From the NCBI GenBank assembly GCA_964572175.1, contig CAZNEH010000003.1, forward strand, positions 7,488 through 68,384: a stretch of DNA of 60,897 nucleotides, read 5' to 3'. Below, piece after piece: positions 17,100-26,223 of the stretch. Under the pieces are notes generated by a model. It ran no database searches. It was not told the DNA's origin and saw only the letters and a program-made list of their open reading frames with translations. Position 1 is the stretch's first letter, and every line of letters begins with the position of its first letter. Position numbers and translations under genes: made by a program. Source of the DNA: an uncultured Gammaproteobacteria bacterium. GTDB lineage: Bacteria; Patescibacteriota; Patescibacteriia; UBA9570; CAZNEH01.

Positions 17100-18998
17100 T
17101 TATTTGAGGTTAATTTCGAATTCTCGATCAATTCTTAGATTGGTTTGATAGAGTACCTTATTATTACCATCTTTTGAGCCAATGTCAAGGGGGGTGTAAG
17201 ATTTGATGCCTTGACCAGTGTCGTAAGTGAAATTTAGGGAGTGACCCTCTGTTCCAGCTTGTTTCTGAACATATAATTTATACACCTCTTGATCTTTAAG
17301 CCAATCTGGTAATTTATACTTATAATGTAAAGAATTTTCCATTTGAGGCTCAGTAGAAATAAATCCGCCAATAACAGTTTTTCCTAATTCGTCGTAAACA
17401 TCTGGAGCTTTTGGATCGTCGCCTAAAAGTTTGTCGTTTTGAGTAGTTCCAGACCATTCTAGTAATTCTAATCCTTGAGGAACGTAAGCCCTGGTGTAAG
17501 TTCGGTAGCGAGTACTTTTCCAATTAAAAGTTCCTTCGTTTTTGTAGTTTATGTCTAGGGTGGCTACTAGGTCTCCCCCTTCTTCAGCCACGGAATAATT
17601 AATAGTTCGTTTAACACCAGGATCGGTTTTTAAGCTAGCCATGTTAGCATCGACAACCATTAAGAAGTCGCTATCGGTTGGAGATTTTAATTCTCCAGCC
17701 CAGTTTTGTTCTTCAACTAAGTCTTGAATGTCTTCGTCTTTTAGATAAATTAAGATTTGTTTTTCATCAACGTCTTTAGTAAAGGTTTGCCATAAAGTAG
17801 CCCATTCGTCTTTAGGAAGTTCTAGAATTTGGTCCATAATTTGATCAGCTAAAACGCCTATGATTTCTTTGCGATCATCATCAGAAATTCCTTTTTCATA
17901 ATAAGCTTTTTCAACTTCGTATTGTAAGACGTCAACTAAATTTTCAGAAGTAAATTCAATACCCTCAACAGTGATCGCCCCGGTAATATCTAATAAAGAA
18001 GCGATGAAGGTAGGAGTTACCGCAATTACGCCGTCGATGTTTTCTTCAGGTCCATTCTCTAGGTGATAGAATTCTTCGGCTTTTTGGGCAGCAGTTGGAA
18101 AATCTGGAGACCAATTGGAATCACGCATTAACCATTGAGTAGAAGATAGGTAAACAGCTAATGGTTCAGGTGGGTTAATAAATAAATAGTCTTTAGCTGG
18201 AGTGTCTAAGTTATAAATGTTATCAGTTTTAAATTCAACTATTTCTCCATTTTTAACTTTTAAGATTCCGTAAGTTCCGATGAATCCACCAGTTGGGCGA
18301 AGCTCAGTGTTGTTTTGCAATAAGAATAAATAAGTTTGTTCTTGAGGGTAGCCAACAATAGTAGGAATGGTTTCTACGGCTGGAACAGCTTGGTCGATCA
18401 CTTCTTTGATTAAAGGTAAATATTCTTGGATAGGTTGAACAGCTTGGTCTAATTGTTTTAATAATCCTCGGGACGGGATTTGTTCCATGGCAAGAACAGC
18501 TAAGTCTATTTCAGATTTAGCTCCTTGTAGTTCTGGTGGAGCTTGGTACAGTTTTTCAAAAATAGCTTCTTTTTCTTCAGGGCCGATGTTTCTATAAGTA
18601 ATATCTCCGTCGTTTTGAACAATTGCAAAAACCTCTTCACCCAAAGAAGAAACTTTTTGTAAGGCTAAGGAGATGTTATAACCAGCAGTTAAGATTCCAT
18701 CAACTGCTTTTAATTGACGGCCGATTACAGGAACGTATTTTAAGCCAACTATTTTATTAGAGTATTCTTGAGCTTGATAAAAATCTTCTTCAGCTTGTTC
18801 TAGGGCTAGAGTGGCTGCTTCGAAGTCTTGGGCTAAGATAGCAGTTTGAGCATCTTCAAAAGCAGTTTTACCCTCTAATGACTCAGCGTACAAGGCTTTG
18901 CCGTTTTTATAGTTTAATAAGCCTAGGATTACTAGGATTATTACTAAGCCGATAATAACTCCGACTACGGAAAGAATAATTTTGTTTCTTTTTGACAT
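17100..18998 (-). CDS. N-terminally anchored extracytoplasmic protein, DUF4012-like
   Basis: 632 aa with a single N-terminal TM and a large extracytoplasmic domain. The DUF4012 assignment is from memory of the family architecture and has not been searched. Confidence 0.45.
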   Translation of the reverse strand: MSKRNKIILSVVGVIIGLVIILVILGLLNYKNGKALYAESLEGKTAFEDAQTAILAQDFEAATLALEQAEEDFYQAQEYSNKIVGLKYVPVIGRQLKAVDGILTAGYNISLALQKVSSLGEEVFAIVQNDGDITYRNIGPEEKEAIFEKLYQAPPELQGAKSEIDLAVLAMEQIPSRGLLKQLDQAVQPIQEYLPLIKEVIDQAVPAVETIPTIVGYPQEQTYLFLLQNNTELRPTGGFIGTYGILKVKNGEIVEFKTDNIYNLDTPAKDYLFINPPEPLAVYLSSTQWLMRDSNWSPDFPTAAQKAEEFYHLENGPEENIDGVIAVTPTFIASLLDITGAITVEGIEFTSENLVDVLQYEVEKAYYEKGISDDDRKEIIGVLADQIMDQILELPKDEWATLWQTFTKDVDEKQILIYLKDEDIQDLVEEQNWAGELKSPTDSDFLMVVDANMASLKTDPGVKRTINYSVAEEGGDLVATLDINYKNEGTFNWKSTRYRTYTRAYVPQGLELLEWSGTTQNDKLLGDDPKAPDVYDELGKTVIGGFISTEPQMENSLHYKYKLPDWLKDQEVYKLYVQKQAGTEGHSLNFTYDTGQGIKSYTPLDIGSKDGNNKVLYQTNLRIDREFEINLK

Positions 18999-19000
18999 TT

Positions 19001-19804
19001 TTATTTGGTTTTTTTAATTTTAAGATAAGTCATCCAATCTTTAATATGGATTCTGGCGACATAATTAAATAATGAGCCTAAGCCGCCCCAGATAGAGCCT
19101 TTAGCAGAGGCACGGTTGTGGTAGTGAATAATACTGTTTACGTCTGCATAATAATAAACTTTTAAACTTTCGGCGCGAACGCGATCGCAAAGTTCGTAGT
19201 CGGCAAAGTATAAGAAGAATTTTTCTTCTAAACCGCCGTAAGTATCTAAAAAGTCTTTTCTAATAAACATGCAAGCTCCGAGCAGCCATTCTACTTCCCT
19301 GCTTTCTTTACGGTCAAAGTCCCACATTAAGTGGTTTTGTAAATCTTTTTTAGCAAAAGAAAGTTTTCCTAATGGAGTTCGGCGGTAAATAGGAGTAAAG
19401 GCAGTGTATGGTCTAAAGCAAGAGGTTTGGATTGATAAGTCGCCGTTTAATAGTTTTGGGCCAAGCATTCCAATTTCTGGGTGCTGGTCTAGATAGGAAA
19501 TAATTTTATTGAAATCTTCAGAGCTTTTGAAAATAATATCTGTGTTTAAGATTAAAACATAGTCGCCCTTAGCTTCTTTAATTCCAATGTTGTTTCCTTT
19601 AGCGTGACCCCAGTTTGTTTTTTCAGCGATTAACTTTATTTGCGGAAATTGTTCGCGCATTATTTTTACAGAATCGTCTTTAGAGGCGTTGTCTACAACA
19701 ATGATTTCGTAGTCAAAATTTAAGTCCAATTTCAATAAATTCTGCAGGCATAAGCGCAGCAGATTTGAAGTATTATAATTTAGAATTACTATTGATAATT
19801 TCAT
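19001..19804 (-). CDS. glycosyltransferase family 2
   Basis: 267 aa with LSIVILNYN...VDNASKDDS and a DxD-like region. Confidence 0.85.
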   Translation of the reverse strand: MKLSIVILNYNTSNLLRLCLQNLLKLDLNFDYEIIVVDNASKDDSVKIMREQFPQIKLIAEKTNWGHAKGNNIGIKEAKGDYVLILNTDIIFKSSEDFNKIISYLDQHPEIGMLGPKLLNGDLSIQTSCFRPYTAFTPIYRRTPLGKLSFAKKDLQNHLMWDFDRKESREVEWLLGACMFIRKDFLDTYGGLEEKFFLYFADYELCDRVRAESLKVYYYADVNSIIHYHNRASAKGSIWGGLGSLFNYVARIHIKDWMTYLKIKKTK

Positions 19805-19820
19805 ACTATTTTGAGACTAT

Positions 19821-19849
19821 ATTATAACAAACCATTCAATGTTTGGCAA
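19821..19849 (-). promoter_or_regulatory. promoter for GT2 gene 19001-19804
   Basis: Minus strand TTGCCA (19844-19849), 17 nt spacer, TATAAT (19821-19826). Confidence 0.5.
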
Positions 19850-19867
19850 GTTATGTAAACAGATATA

Positions 19868-20218
19868 TTAACAAGCTATTTTAGCTATTTCTTTGTCATG
19901 TCTTTTAAGCCAATCAATAGCAGCTAAGCGTTCAGTATCTAGGTCATCTACTTTTTTAGCTAATTTTTCTATAGATCCTATCACATCTCGAAGCTCTTCT
20001 TTCGTAGCCATGTTTTTTCTAATATCTGTAATGTCTTCCGAGTTTTTCACTACTTGGACAGCAATATTATCTATGGTTTTATCTTGAGCATCAAAACGTT
20101 TGTCGATTTGATCGAATCTTTTATCAATAGATTTAAAAACTTCATCGTTTTTATCGAAGCGTTGGTCGATAGCTTCGAACTTTTTATCAAGATGTTTTAC
20201 TAATTGTTGGTTGTTCAT
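19868..20218 (-). CDS. small coiled-coil protein with IDxRFD-type repeats
   Basis: Start set at MNNQQLVKHLDKKFEAIDQRFDK (20218), downstream of promoter 20228-20256. The longer track ORF begins right at the upstream terminator. Confidence 0.55.
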   Translation of the reverse strand: MNNQQLVKHLDKKFEAIDQRFDKNDEVFKSIDKRFDQIDKRFDAQDKTIDNIAVQVVKNSEDITDIRKNMATKEELRDVIGSIEKLAKKVDDLDTERLAAIDWLKRHDKEIAKIAC

Positions 20219-20227
20219 AGTTATTTT

Positions 20228-20256
20228 ATTATAAGTCCTGAGCACATTATTGTAAA
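20228..20256 (-). promoter_or_regulatory. promoter, near-leaderless, for 19868-20218
   Basis: Minus strand TTTACA (20251-20256), 17 nt spacer, TATAAT (20228-20233). The ATG lies 9 nt after the -10. Confidence 0.5.
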
Positions 20257-20284
20257 GTTGTGTTTTGCGACGGCGCAAAGACAT

Positions 20285-20306
20285 AAAAACAGTACTTGAG
20301 TACTGC
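20285..20306 (-). terminator. intrinsic terminator after 20350-21885
   Basis: Minus strand GCAGTACTCAAGTACTG hairpin followed by T5. Confidence 0.55.
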
Positions 20307-20349
20307 TTTTACGATTTAAGATTGTTGTGTTAGATTGTGGATAACCGTA

Positions 20350-21885
20350 TTACGCGACGGCCCGCCTCGACTCGCTGTCGCTTGTCGACGCGAGGCTGGC
20401 GCTGTATTTTTGAGTAAAGTAAAGACTACAAAACATGATCCAGCCCAAGCCTAAAGGATGATTAAGGTATGGAGTGAAAAAGTGAATAGCCATGATGGCG
20501 AGTAATCCAAAGAGTGATCCGAGAATAATTGGGTTTTTGGTAGATTTAAATGATTTATAGCCGTTTTTAAGGATTTCGTAGAGTAACCACCCATAAATAA
20601 TAACGCCCCAGAGGCCTAATTTGAGCCATAGATCAAGGTATCCCCACTCAAAGGCATAAGTAGTGTAATTACCGCCTGGATTGGCTTCTAAGGCCCGAGG
20701 ATCTTGAGTTTTATAAGTTACAGTAGTGCCAAAGCCAGAGCCGATTACTGGGGTTTCTAGGTTTTTATCTAGTAATGGGTCTAGTAGTTCCATACGAGAA
20801 GAACCAGCTGCTTCTTGAGTTGGGTCTTTGGTTCGCTCAGTTACTAAAGACGAGGCAGAGATAGAAGTATTTCCAGGCATTGGGAAATTTACTATTCCCA
20901 AGATTAAAGCGTAATCAATAACAAAAGCTAAAGCCAAGATCACTCCCAGGGTTAGAATTTTTTTCCATTTTAGTTTTAAAATAAATACAGAGGCTAGAAG
21001 AGCGACAAATAATATTCCAGCAGTGCCAACCCAAAAACTTCGAGAGTATCCTAAGAAAATAACTAAAAGAGACAAGGCAAATAAGATCCATTCATGCTTT
21101 TTTACTTCTTCACCCGAGGCGTTTTGCTTTGCAAACCGCACGGGCACGTATTTTTTTATAGCAATAATAGAGAAGAAGATAAAAAAGGCGACGACAATAA
21201 ATATATGAGACTGGATGAAGATTCTATAGAATCCGTTTTCCATAAGAGTGATTTCTCCTACTCCAGTATCACGAACCCATTTATAAATAGCAGTAACTAC
21301 ATCTCCAAAAAAATCTTTTTGAGAAAAGATAAATAGCAATAATAAAGTTTTAGAAATCAGAGCCGTGATGCCGGCGTAGATTGTTTCGAGTAATTCTTTT
21401 ATTTTAAATTTGCCTTGAGTTAAAGGAAAAATTAATCCTAAATATAAATAGCCGTTGGCGTCTAGGAAAATGTTTTTTAGTTCATTGTTATTTAGGTAAC
21501 CAATTACTACGGCGATAGCTAGAGCGGCGATAAAAGCAGTATATGGTTTCCATAATTTGCTTTTGAAGAATTTTATTTCACGGTCTCTAATAACCCAGAC
21601 TAAGAAAGCTAAGAAAACTACTAAAAATAATCCCAGACGTAGAGACAAAGAAAACTCTCCTAAAGGCCAGTGCAATAAATAACCCTTAGAGCCCATGATA
21701 AGCTCGGCTAAGATAATGTAAATCCCCCATTCTAGTTTGTAGATAGCTAGGCCCAGAGTAATTAAAAGAATGGCAGTAAAAAAGATTTGGTTAAGATCTT
21801 GAGTGCTCCAAGCTATCCAAGAAAGAAGCTCAAGAGCAATAATCCCGATTAAAACTAGTTTAAAGGTTTTTATTTTTTTTAACAT
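20350..21885 (-). CDS. O-antigen ligase/polymerase-like polytopic membrane protein (Wzy_C-like)
   Basis: 511 aa with at least 10 TM helices and a central loop (GYSRSFWVGTAG). The last ~18 codons run into a GC-rich hairpin (20350-20405), so the true C-terminus is uncertain. Confidence 0.55.
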   Translation of the reverse strand: MLKKIKTFKLVLIGIIALELLSWIAWSTQDLNQIFFTAILLITLGLAIYKLEWGIYIILAELIMGSKGYLLHWPLGEFSLSLRLGLFLVVFLAFLVWVIRDREIKFFKSKLWKPYTAFIAALAIAVVIGYLNNNELKNIFLDANGYLYLGLIFPLTQGKFKIKELLETIYAGITALISKTLLLLFIFSQKDFFGDVVTAIYKWVRDTGVGEITLMENGFYRIFIQSHIFIVVAFFIFFSIIAIKKYVPVRFAKQNASGEEVKKHEWILFALSLLVIFLGYSRSFWVGTAGILFVALLASVFILKLKWKKILTLGVILALAFVIDYALILGIVNFPMPGNTSISASSLVTERTKDPTQEAAGSSRMELLDPLLDKNLETPVIGSGFGTTVTYKTQDPRALEANPGGNYTTYAFEWGYLDLWLKLGLWGVIIYGWLLYEILKNGYKSFKSTKNPIILGSLFGLLAIMAIHFFTPYLNHPLGLGWIMFCSLYFTQKYSASLASTSDSESRRAVA

Positions 21886-22729
21886 TTATTCCTAATGATT
21901 TAATAGTTTGAACTAATAAGGCTAAGTACATGCTTAAAGGATTGAATAATACTAGGATTGCGTATTGCCAAAAAGGTTTGTGTTTTCGGAAATAATAGCG
22001 CATGCTGTGATTAAGAACGCTTTGGTTTTTAAGAGCCATGACTTTACCAAAGCTAGCGCCTTTAACATGGGTAATTTCTGCCATTGGGGTGTACATTATT
22101 TTGTAGCCGGCGTCTTTGATTCGTTTTTGCAAGTCTACTTCTTCGTACCAATTGAAAAAGGTTTCGTCGAATACTCCAACCTCGTCTAAAACTTTTTTAG
22201 GAGACAACATAAAGGCACCCATAACTTGGTCGCACTCTTGTTGTTTATTGTAGTCAAAATCTTTGGCAAGGTACTTTTTTATTAAGCCAGGAAAAAAGTT
22301 ATGAGTCTTAGTAAGAATTATTAACTGGTCTTTTAGGCTGGGGTAGCGGCGGATAGAGTCTTGTAAGCTTCCGTCAATATTTAATAATTTGCATCCGACC
22401 ATTCCGGCATCCTGAGGATAATTATCTATTAACTTTTTAAAGATGTTTGAGTTTATTTCTGTGTCGTCGTTTAAAAATAAAATGTACTTTCCTTTTGCTT
22501 TGGTATATCCCCTGTTATTTGCTGAGCCAAAGCCGATGTTGGCTTTGTTTTCTATGACTTGTACTTGAGGGAATTCTTTTTTAACCATTTCTACGGTGCC
22601 GTCAGTAGAGCCGTTGTCACTAACAAAAACCTCGAACTCTAAGTCTTGGGTGTGCTTATAAAGCGAGGTTAAGTTTTTTTTGATGTAGTCCTTGTTGTTC
22701 CAAGAGACTGTAATTATTGATAAATCCAT
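21860..22729 (-). CDS. glycosyltransferase family 2
   Basis: 289 aa with LSIITVSWNN...SDNGSTDGT. Confidence 0.85.
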   Translation of the reverse strand: MDLSIITVSWNNKDYIKKNLTSLYKHTQDLEFEVFVSDNGSTDGTVEMVKKEFPQVQVIENKANIGFGSANNRGYTKAKGKYILFLNDDTEINSNIFKKLIDNYPQDAGMVGCKLLNIDGSLQDSIRRYPSLKDQLIILTKTHNFFPGLIKKYLAKDFDYNKQQECDQVMGAFMLSPKKVLDEVGVFDETFFNWYEEVDLQKRIKDAGYKIMYTPMAEITHVKGASFGKVMALKNQSVLNHSMRYYFRKHKPFWQYAILVLFNPLSMYLALLVQTIKSLGINVKKNKNL

Positions 22730-22754
22730 GTGATTATAATATCAAAAAATAGGT

Positions 22755-22812
22755 AAAAAAACAAGCCGCAGAGCCCAGGAATGGGGTGCGACTTGGGGTG
22801 ACCGCGAGCGGC
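22755..22812 (-). terminator. intrinsic terminator of GC-rich cassette 2
   Basis: Minus strand GCCGC...GCGGC GC-rich hairpin followed by TTGTTTTTTT. Confidence 0.55.
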
Positions 22813-22814
22813 GG

Positions 22815-23027
22815 TCATGGCGCGATCTTCTTGCTGGACATGACCAGGAAGATCACGCTGCCGACCAGGCAGACCAGGCCGAAGAAGGCGTTCCAGCCCG
22901 CGGTGACGGGCTCGCTCTGGTAGAGGTTGACACCACAGGCCGTGAAGAGGCCGGCGGCGAGCAGGAAGGCCAGGATACAGGGGATCATGGCCCAGGCAGG
23001 GTCGTTACGGATGACGGGGTGAAGCAT
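22815..23027 (-). CDS. GC-rich cassette: 70-aa two-TM membrane protein
   Basis: MLHPVIRNDPAWAMIPCILAFLLAAGLFTACG...FGLVCLVGSVIFLVM, two hydrophobic helices. GGAG lies 6 nt before the ATG. It has its own promoter and terminator. Confidence 0.65.
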   Translation of the reverse strand: MLHPVIRNDPAWAMIPCILAFLLAAGLFTACGVNLYQSEPVTAGWNAFFGLVCLVGSVIFLVMSSKKIAP

Positions 23028-23067
23028 GGTGTCTCCGGGGAAGGTGCAGGGTGGTACGGTTCAAATT

Positions 23068-23096
23068 ATCCTATCATAAAACAGGGATTTTGTCAA
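23068..23096 (-). promoter_or_regulatory. promoter of cassette 2
   Basis: Minus strand TTGACA (23091-23096), 17 nt spacer, TAGGAT (23068-23073). Confidence 0.6.
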
Positions 23097-23143
23097 CCAG
23101 TGGCGTTTTTATTGCATAAAACCGCCCTGGCAAGTCCCTAAAT

Positions 23144-23190
23144 AAAAAAGCCCCTCTTCAGGAGTGGAGAGGGGTATGGGGAGAGGATGA
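23144..23190 (-). terminator. terminator after 23194-24339; divergent copy B of the CCCTCTCCAC repeat
   Basis: Minus strand CCTCTCCCCATA-CCCCTCT-(loop)-AGAGGGG followed by a T-run. Confidence 0.6.
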
Positions 23191-23193
23191 TTT

Positions 23194-24339
23194 TTATTTT
23201 GTGTATATATTTCCTCCAGAATCTGAGAAGTAGAAGTAGCTGCCAGTTTTTAGGTAGTCGATAATAGTATAAGAGTTGCTTTTCATAGAAGAGGTTTTAG
23301 GAATAACTTTCTTACTAGCGATTTTTTTAACATTTTTAGTTACCTTCCATAAAACATCTCTTTGCTTAACGTAATTTTTAACATAAATATAAGGCTTGCC
23401 GTCAGAGTCATTACGGAAATAGACCAACTCACCGCCAGTTATTGATTTGTCACTTAGTTTTTTACTAGCCCAAGTATCCCCGTTAGTACTGGATTTTATT
23501 TTTAAAGTATATTCATAGCCTAGGTCATTTGTGGTAGTAATGCCTCTTTGTTGCATGTCCTTGGCCTTGGTTAAGTTATTATAGGTATAAGTTTCAGTGG
23601 TGATATAAATTTTATTTTGATAATTAGTTAAGCCATTGATATAGTTGTACTCTAAATCATTATTAAGCTCAGTGATGTCATATTTTTTACTCCAAAATCC
23701 AGAAGCGCGGCGTAAATATAAATAACTAGAATTATAGGCATAAAGCTTGCCTTTGTTTAAGGTAATTCCAGTTATATTTTTAGGAGTGTTGTTACGTTTA
23801 ATTTTAGACCAATTATCTCCGTTAGAAGTTTTGTAAATTAGGTTTACATCTGGATTAGTGTCATAGCGTTTTATAACTATGTATAAGTTATCTTCATCTT
23901 GAGTGCTGTCGATATAATAAGCACTGTTGTTGGCATAGGACAAAACTCTTGCCCAAGAAGCGTCTTTATATTTCCAAACTTCAACTGTGTCAGTATCGTT
24001 GTTAGAGTTGGTAGAGATTCCACGGTCAACAATAAAGTATAATTCGTTTTTAAAAGTTATTACTTCGTCTAAGCCGATGAACTCTGCGTCTGAGTCTGTT
24101 AAAGTTAGGTCAGATTTATCAGACCAAGATGTAGAGCCTAAAGAGGCACATTTAACTTTAATTTCATTTCCATAGGGACCAGCGGCACAGACTTGATTAT
24201 TATATTCAAAAACATTGGCGTCGTAATGATTGTCGACGTCGGTTTGTTTGTCTAGATTATAGGTAGAAGTAGCGGCTTGCCCTAGAAATGGGATTAGAAG
24301 AGCTGAGGCCACTATTAAACTGATGATGTTTTTATTCAT
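23194..24339 (-). CDS. secreted protein of unknown function (signal peptide, beta-rich)
   Basis: 381 aa with an N-terminal signal-like MNKNIISLIVASALLIPFLGQAA. Asn/Tyr/Thr-rich. No family recognised. Confidence 0.6.
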   Translation of the reverse strand: MNKNIISLIVASALLIPFLGQAATSTYNLDKQTDVDNHYDANVFEYNNQVCAAGPYGNEIKVKCASLGSTSWSDKSDLTLTDSDAEFIGLDEVITFKNELYFIVDRGISTNSNNDTDTVEVWKYKDASWARVLSYANNSAYYIDSTQDEDNLYIVIKRYDTNPDVNLIYKTSNGDNWSKIKRNNTPKNITGITLNKGKLYAYNSSYLYLRRASGFWSKKYDITELNNDLEYNYINGLTNYQNKIYITTETYTYNNLTKAKDMQQRGITTTNDLGYEYTLKIKSSTNGDTWASKKLSDKSITGGELVYFRNDSDGKPYIYVKNYVKQRDVLWKVTKNVKKIASKKVIPKTSSMKSNSYTIIDYLKTGSYFYFSDSGGNIYTK

Positions 24340-24347
24340 ATAATATC

Positions 24348-24376
24348 ATCTTAGCATAAAATAAGGGTTTTGTCAA
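24348..24376 (-). promoter_or_regulatory. promoter, apparently leaderless, for 23194-24339
   Basis: Minus strand TTGACA (24371-24376), 17 nt spacer, TAAGAT (24348-24353). The ATG at 24339 is only 8 nt after the -10. Confidence 0.55.
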
Positions 24377-24378
24377 TG

Positions 24379-24425
24379 CCTGTCCTCTCCCCCCGCCCTC
24401 TCCACCTTCGTGGAGAGGGAGCTAT
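24379..24425 (+). repeat. copy C of the CCCTCTCCAC hairpin repeat (inverted relative to copy A)
   Basis: TCCTCTCCCCCCGCCCTCTCCACCTTCGTGGAGAGGGAGCT. It matches the reverse complement of 5106-5149 with one mismatch in the loop. Confidence 0.8.
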
Positions 24426-25402
24426 TTTGTTTGAGTAAATATATCTCTAATTATATCGTCGATGCTTTTTTCGTTGATGAGGATGTCGTCGACTGGAAGG
24501 TCTTGTAAAATTTTAGCAGCTATTTTTTTGTGTTCAGCAATCGGGACTTGTAAGACGACTCTTTTTTTGGAGAATTCTTTGATCTTGCCCATTCCTTTAA
24601 AGGTGTCTTTAGTCATTACCTCAGTAAAAGTAATTTCTAGAATTTTTTCGTCAACATACTTATCCATTAAATCTTTCATAGTCCCGTCGTAAATGATTTC
24701 TCCTTTATCAATAATGATTAAGCGTTTAGCTAAAGCAACTACATCTTCCATGTAATGAGAGGTTAACAAGATGGTAGTTTTGTATTTAGTATTATGCTCT
24801 TTAATAAATTCGCGGATTTTTTGTTGGGAAACTACGTCTAAACCAATAGTTGGTTCATCTAGGAATAAGATTTTTGGTTTATGCAGTAAAGCAGCCACTA
24901 GTTCGCATTTCATTCGTTGACCAAGAGATAATTTTCTAACTTGAACATTTAAAATGTCTTTGATGTCTAAAAGCTCGGTTAGTTCATCTAAGGTTTTTTT
25001 AAATTCGTCGTCTGGGACTTCGTAAATTTCTTTGTTTAAAATAAAACTTTCCATGGCTGGTAAATCCCACCAAAGTTGATTTTTTTGTCCCATTACCAAG
25101 GCAAACTGTTTTTGAAATTCGGGTTTACGATCCCAGGGAGTGTGGCCTAATACTTTAGCCTCACCTTCGGAAGGATATAAAATCCCAGAAAGCATTTTTA
25201 AGGTAGTAGTTTTTCCAGCTCCGTTTGGCCCTAGGAAGCCAACTAGCTCCCCTTCTTTGACTTCTAAGTTAACTTTTTTAACCGCATGGTTGTAAAGTTT
25301 TTTTCGTTTGAACAATGATTTGATTGAACCTTTTAAACCAGGTTCTTTTTTGTGGAAAGAATAGGTTTTAGATAGGTTTTTTGTGGAGATAATGTTTTTC
25401 AT
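24422..25402 (-). CDS. ABC transporter ATP-binding protein (ABC-2 exporter type)
   Basis: 326 aa with Walker A (GPNGAGKTT), signature (LSLGQRMK) and Walker B (ILFLDEPT). Confidence 0.9.
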   Translation of the reverse strand: MKNIISTKNLSKTYSFHKKEPGLKGSIKSLFKRKKLYNHAVKKVNLEVKEGELVGFLGPNGAGKTTTLKMLSGILYPSEGEAKVLGHTPWDRKPEFQKQFALVMGQKNQLWWDLPAMESFILNKEIYEVPDDEFKKTLDELTELLDIKDILNVQVRKLSLGQRMKCELVAALLHKPKILFLDEPTIGLDVVSQQKIREFIKEHNTKYKTTILLTSHYMEDVVALAKRLIIIDKGEIIYDGTMKDLMDKYVDEKILEITFTEVMTKDTFKGMGKIKEFSKKRVVLQVPIAEHKKIAAKILQDLPVDDILINEKSIDDIIRDIFTQTK

Positions 25403-25419
25403 ATATTTATATTAGCATA

Positions 25420-26223
25420 TTATGATGAGGCTGAGGAGTAGCGTTTAATGGTGGCGTTCCAAAATAAGCGACTTCCGACAGTAAAGATTATAGTGAGCCC
25501 AAAGAAGGTGAAAATCCAAGGCCAGTCGAAAATTCCTAGCATGGCTTCGGCTGGGATAGCGAATAGTAATAAGAAGGGCCAGAAAGTGCTGAGAACATAT
25601 TTTAAGGTTCCGCTAAAAAGGTTTCGAGGGTAAAGACTCATGGTATTAGACTGAAAATAGATTTGATTTAAAGAGTTGGCGCGGATAAAGATAAAAATAA
25701 GTCCAGCGAAAAGATAGAAAATAGAAAAAGTGATTAAGATGGAGCAGATAAATAAGAATATGCCAAATAATACTCCGCTAAAAGTAATGATATTAGGAAT
25801 TTGAATTAAGGCATAGATTAATAATCCGATGACAGCTAAAAAAGAAATCATGACGGAGAAAGTAAAGCGTTGAGTGGCAGTAAAAAATTGTGCATCAATA
25901 GGCTTAGTAATAATCCAATCAAAGTCCCCTTTTCTAACTTGGTCTTGGAATTGTCGCAGAGACGGAAAGATAAACATGTAAAGTAAATAAAAACTGAGTT
26001 GTTGCATACAGAAGATAACGATGATTTGCCAGAAGTTCCAACCAGCGAGCATGTCGGTAAAATTAAAAACAATACTTAAAAAAGCAAATTGGATCAAGGT
26101 CCAAATAATAGTGCTCATAGTATCAGACCAAAAATCGGTGCGGTACATTAAACTAGCCATTAAGTCGCGCTTAATGAGGGTGATCCAAACTCGATAGTAT
26201 TTTTTAATTTCCGACCGCTTCAT
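25420..26223 (-). CDS. ABC-2 family permease, type B copy 2
   Basis: 267 aa, about 6 TM. It ends in KRYSSASS, like 27008-27811. Confidence 0.7.
   Translation of the reverse strand: MKRSEIKKYYRVWITLIKRDLMASLMYRTDFWSDTMSTIIWTLIQFAFLSIVFNFTDMLAGWNFWQIIVIFCMQQLSFYLLYMFIFPSLRQFQDQVRKGDFDWIITKPIDAQFFTATQRFTFSVMISFLAVIGLLIYALIQIPNIITFSGVLFGIFLFICSILITFSIFYLFAGLIFIFIRANSLNQIYFQSNTMSLYPRNLFSGTLKYVLSTFWPFLLLFAIPAEAMLGIFDWPWIFTFFGLTIIFTVGSRLFWNATIKRYSSASS

Noticed and set aside
20350-20405. GC-rich 3' tail of the O-antigen-ligase-like ORF as a seventh cassette remnant.
   Set aside because: It is only a ~55-bp GC-rich hairpin (GCCTCG...GTCGAC...CGAGGC) with no promoter, SD or ORF of its own. It is more simply a structural element that the ORF reads into.
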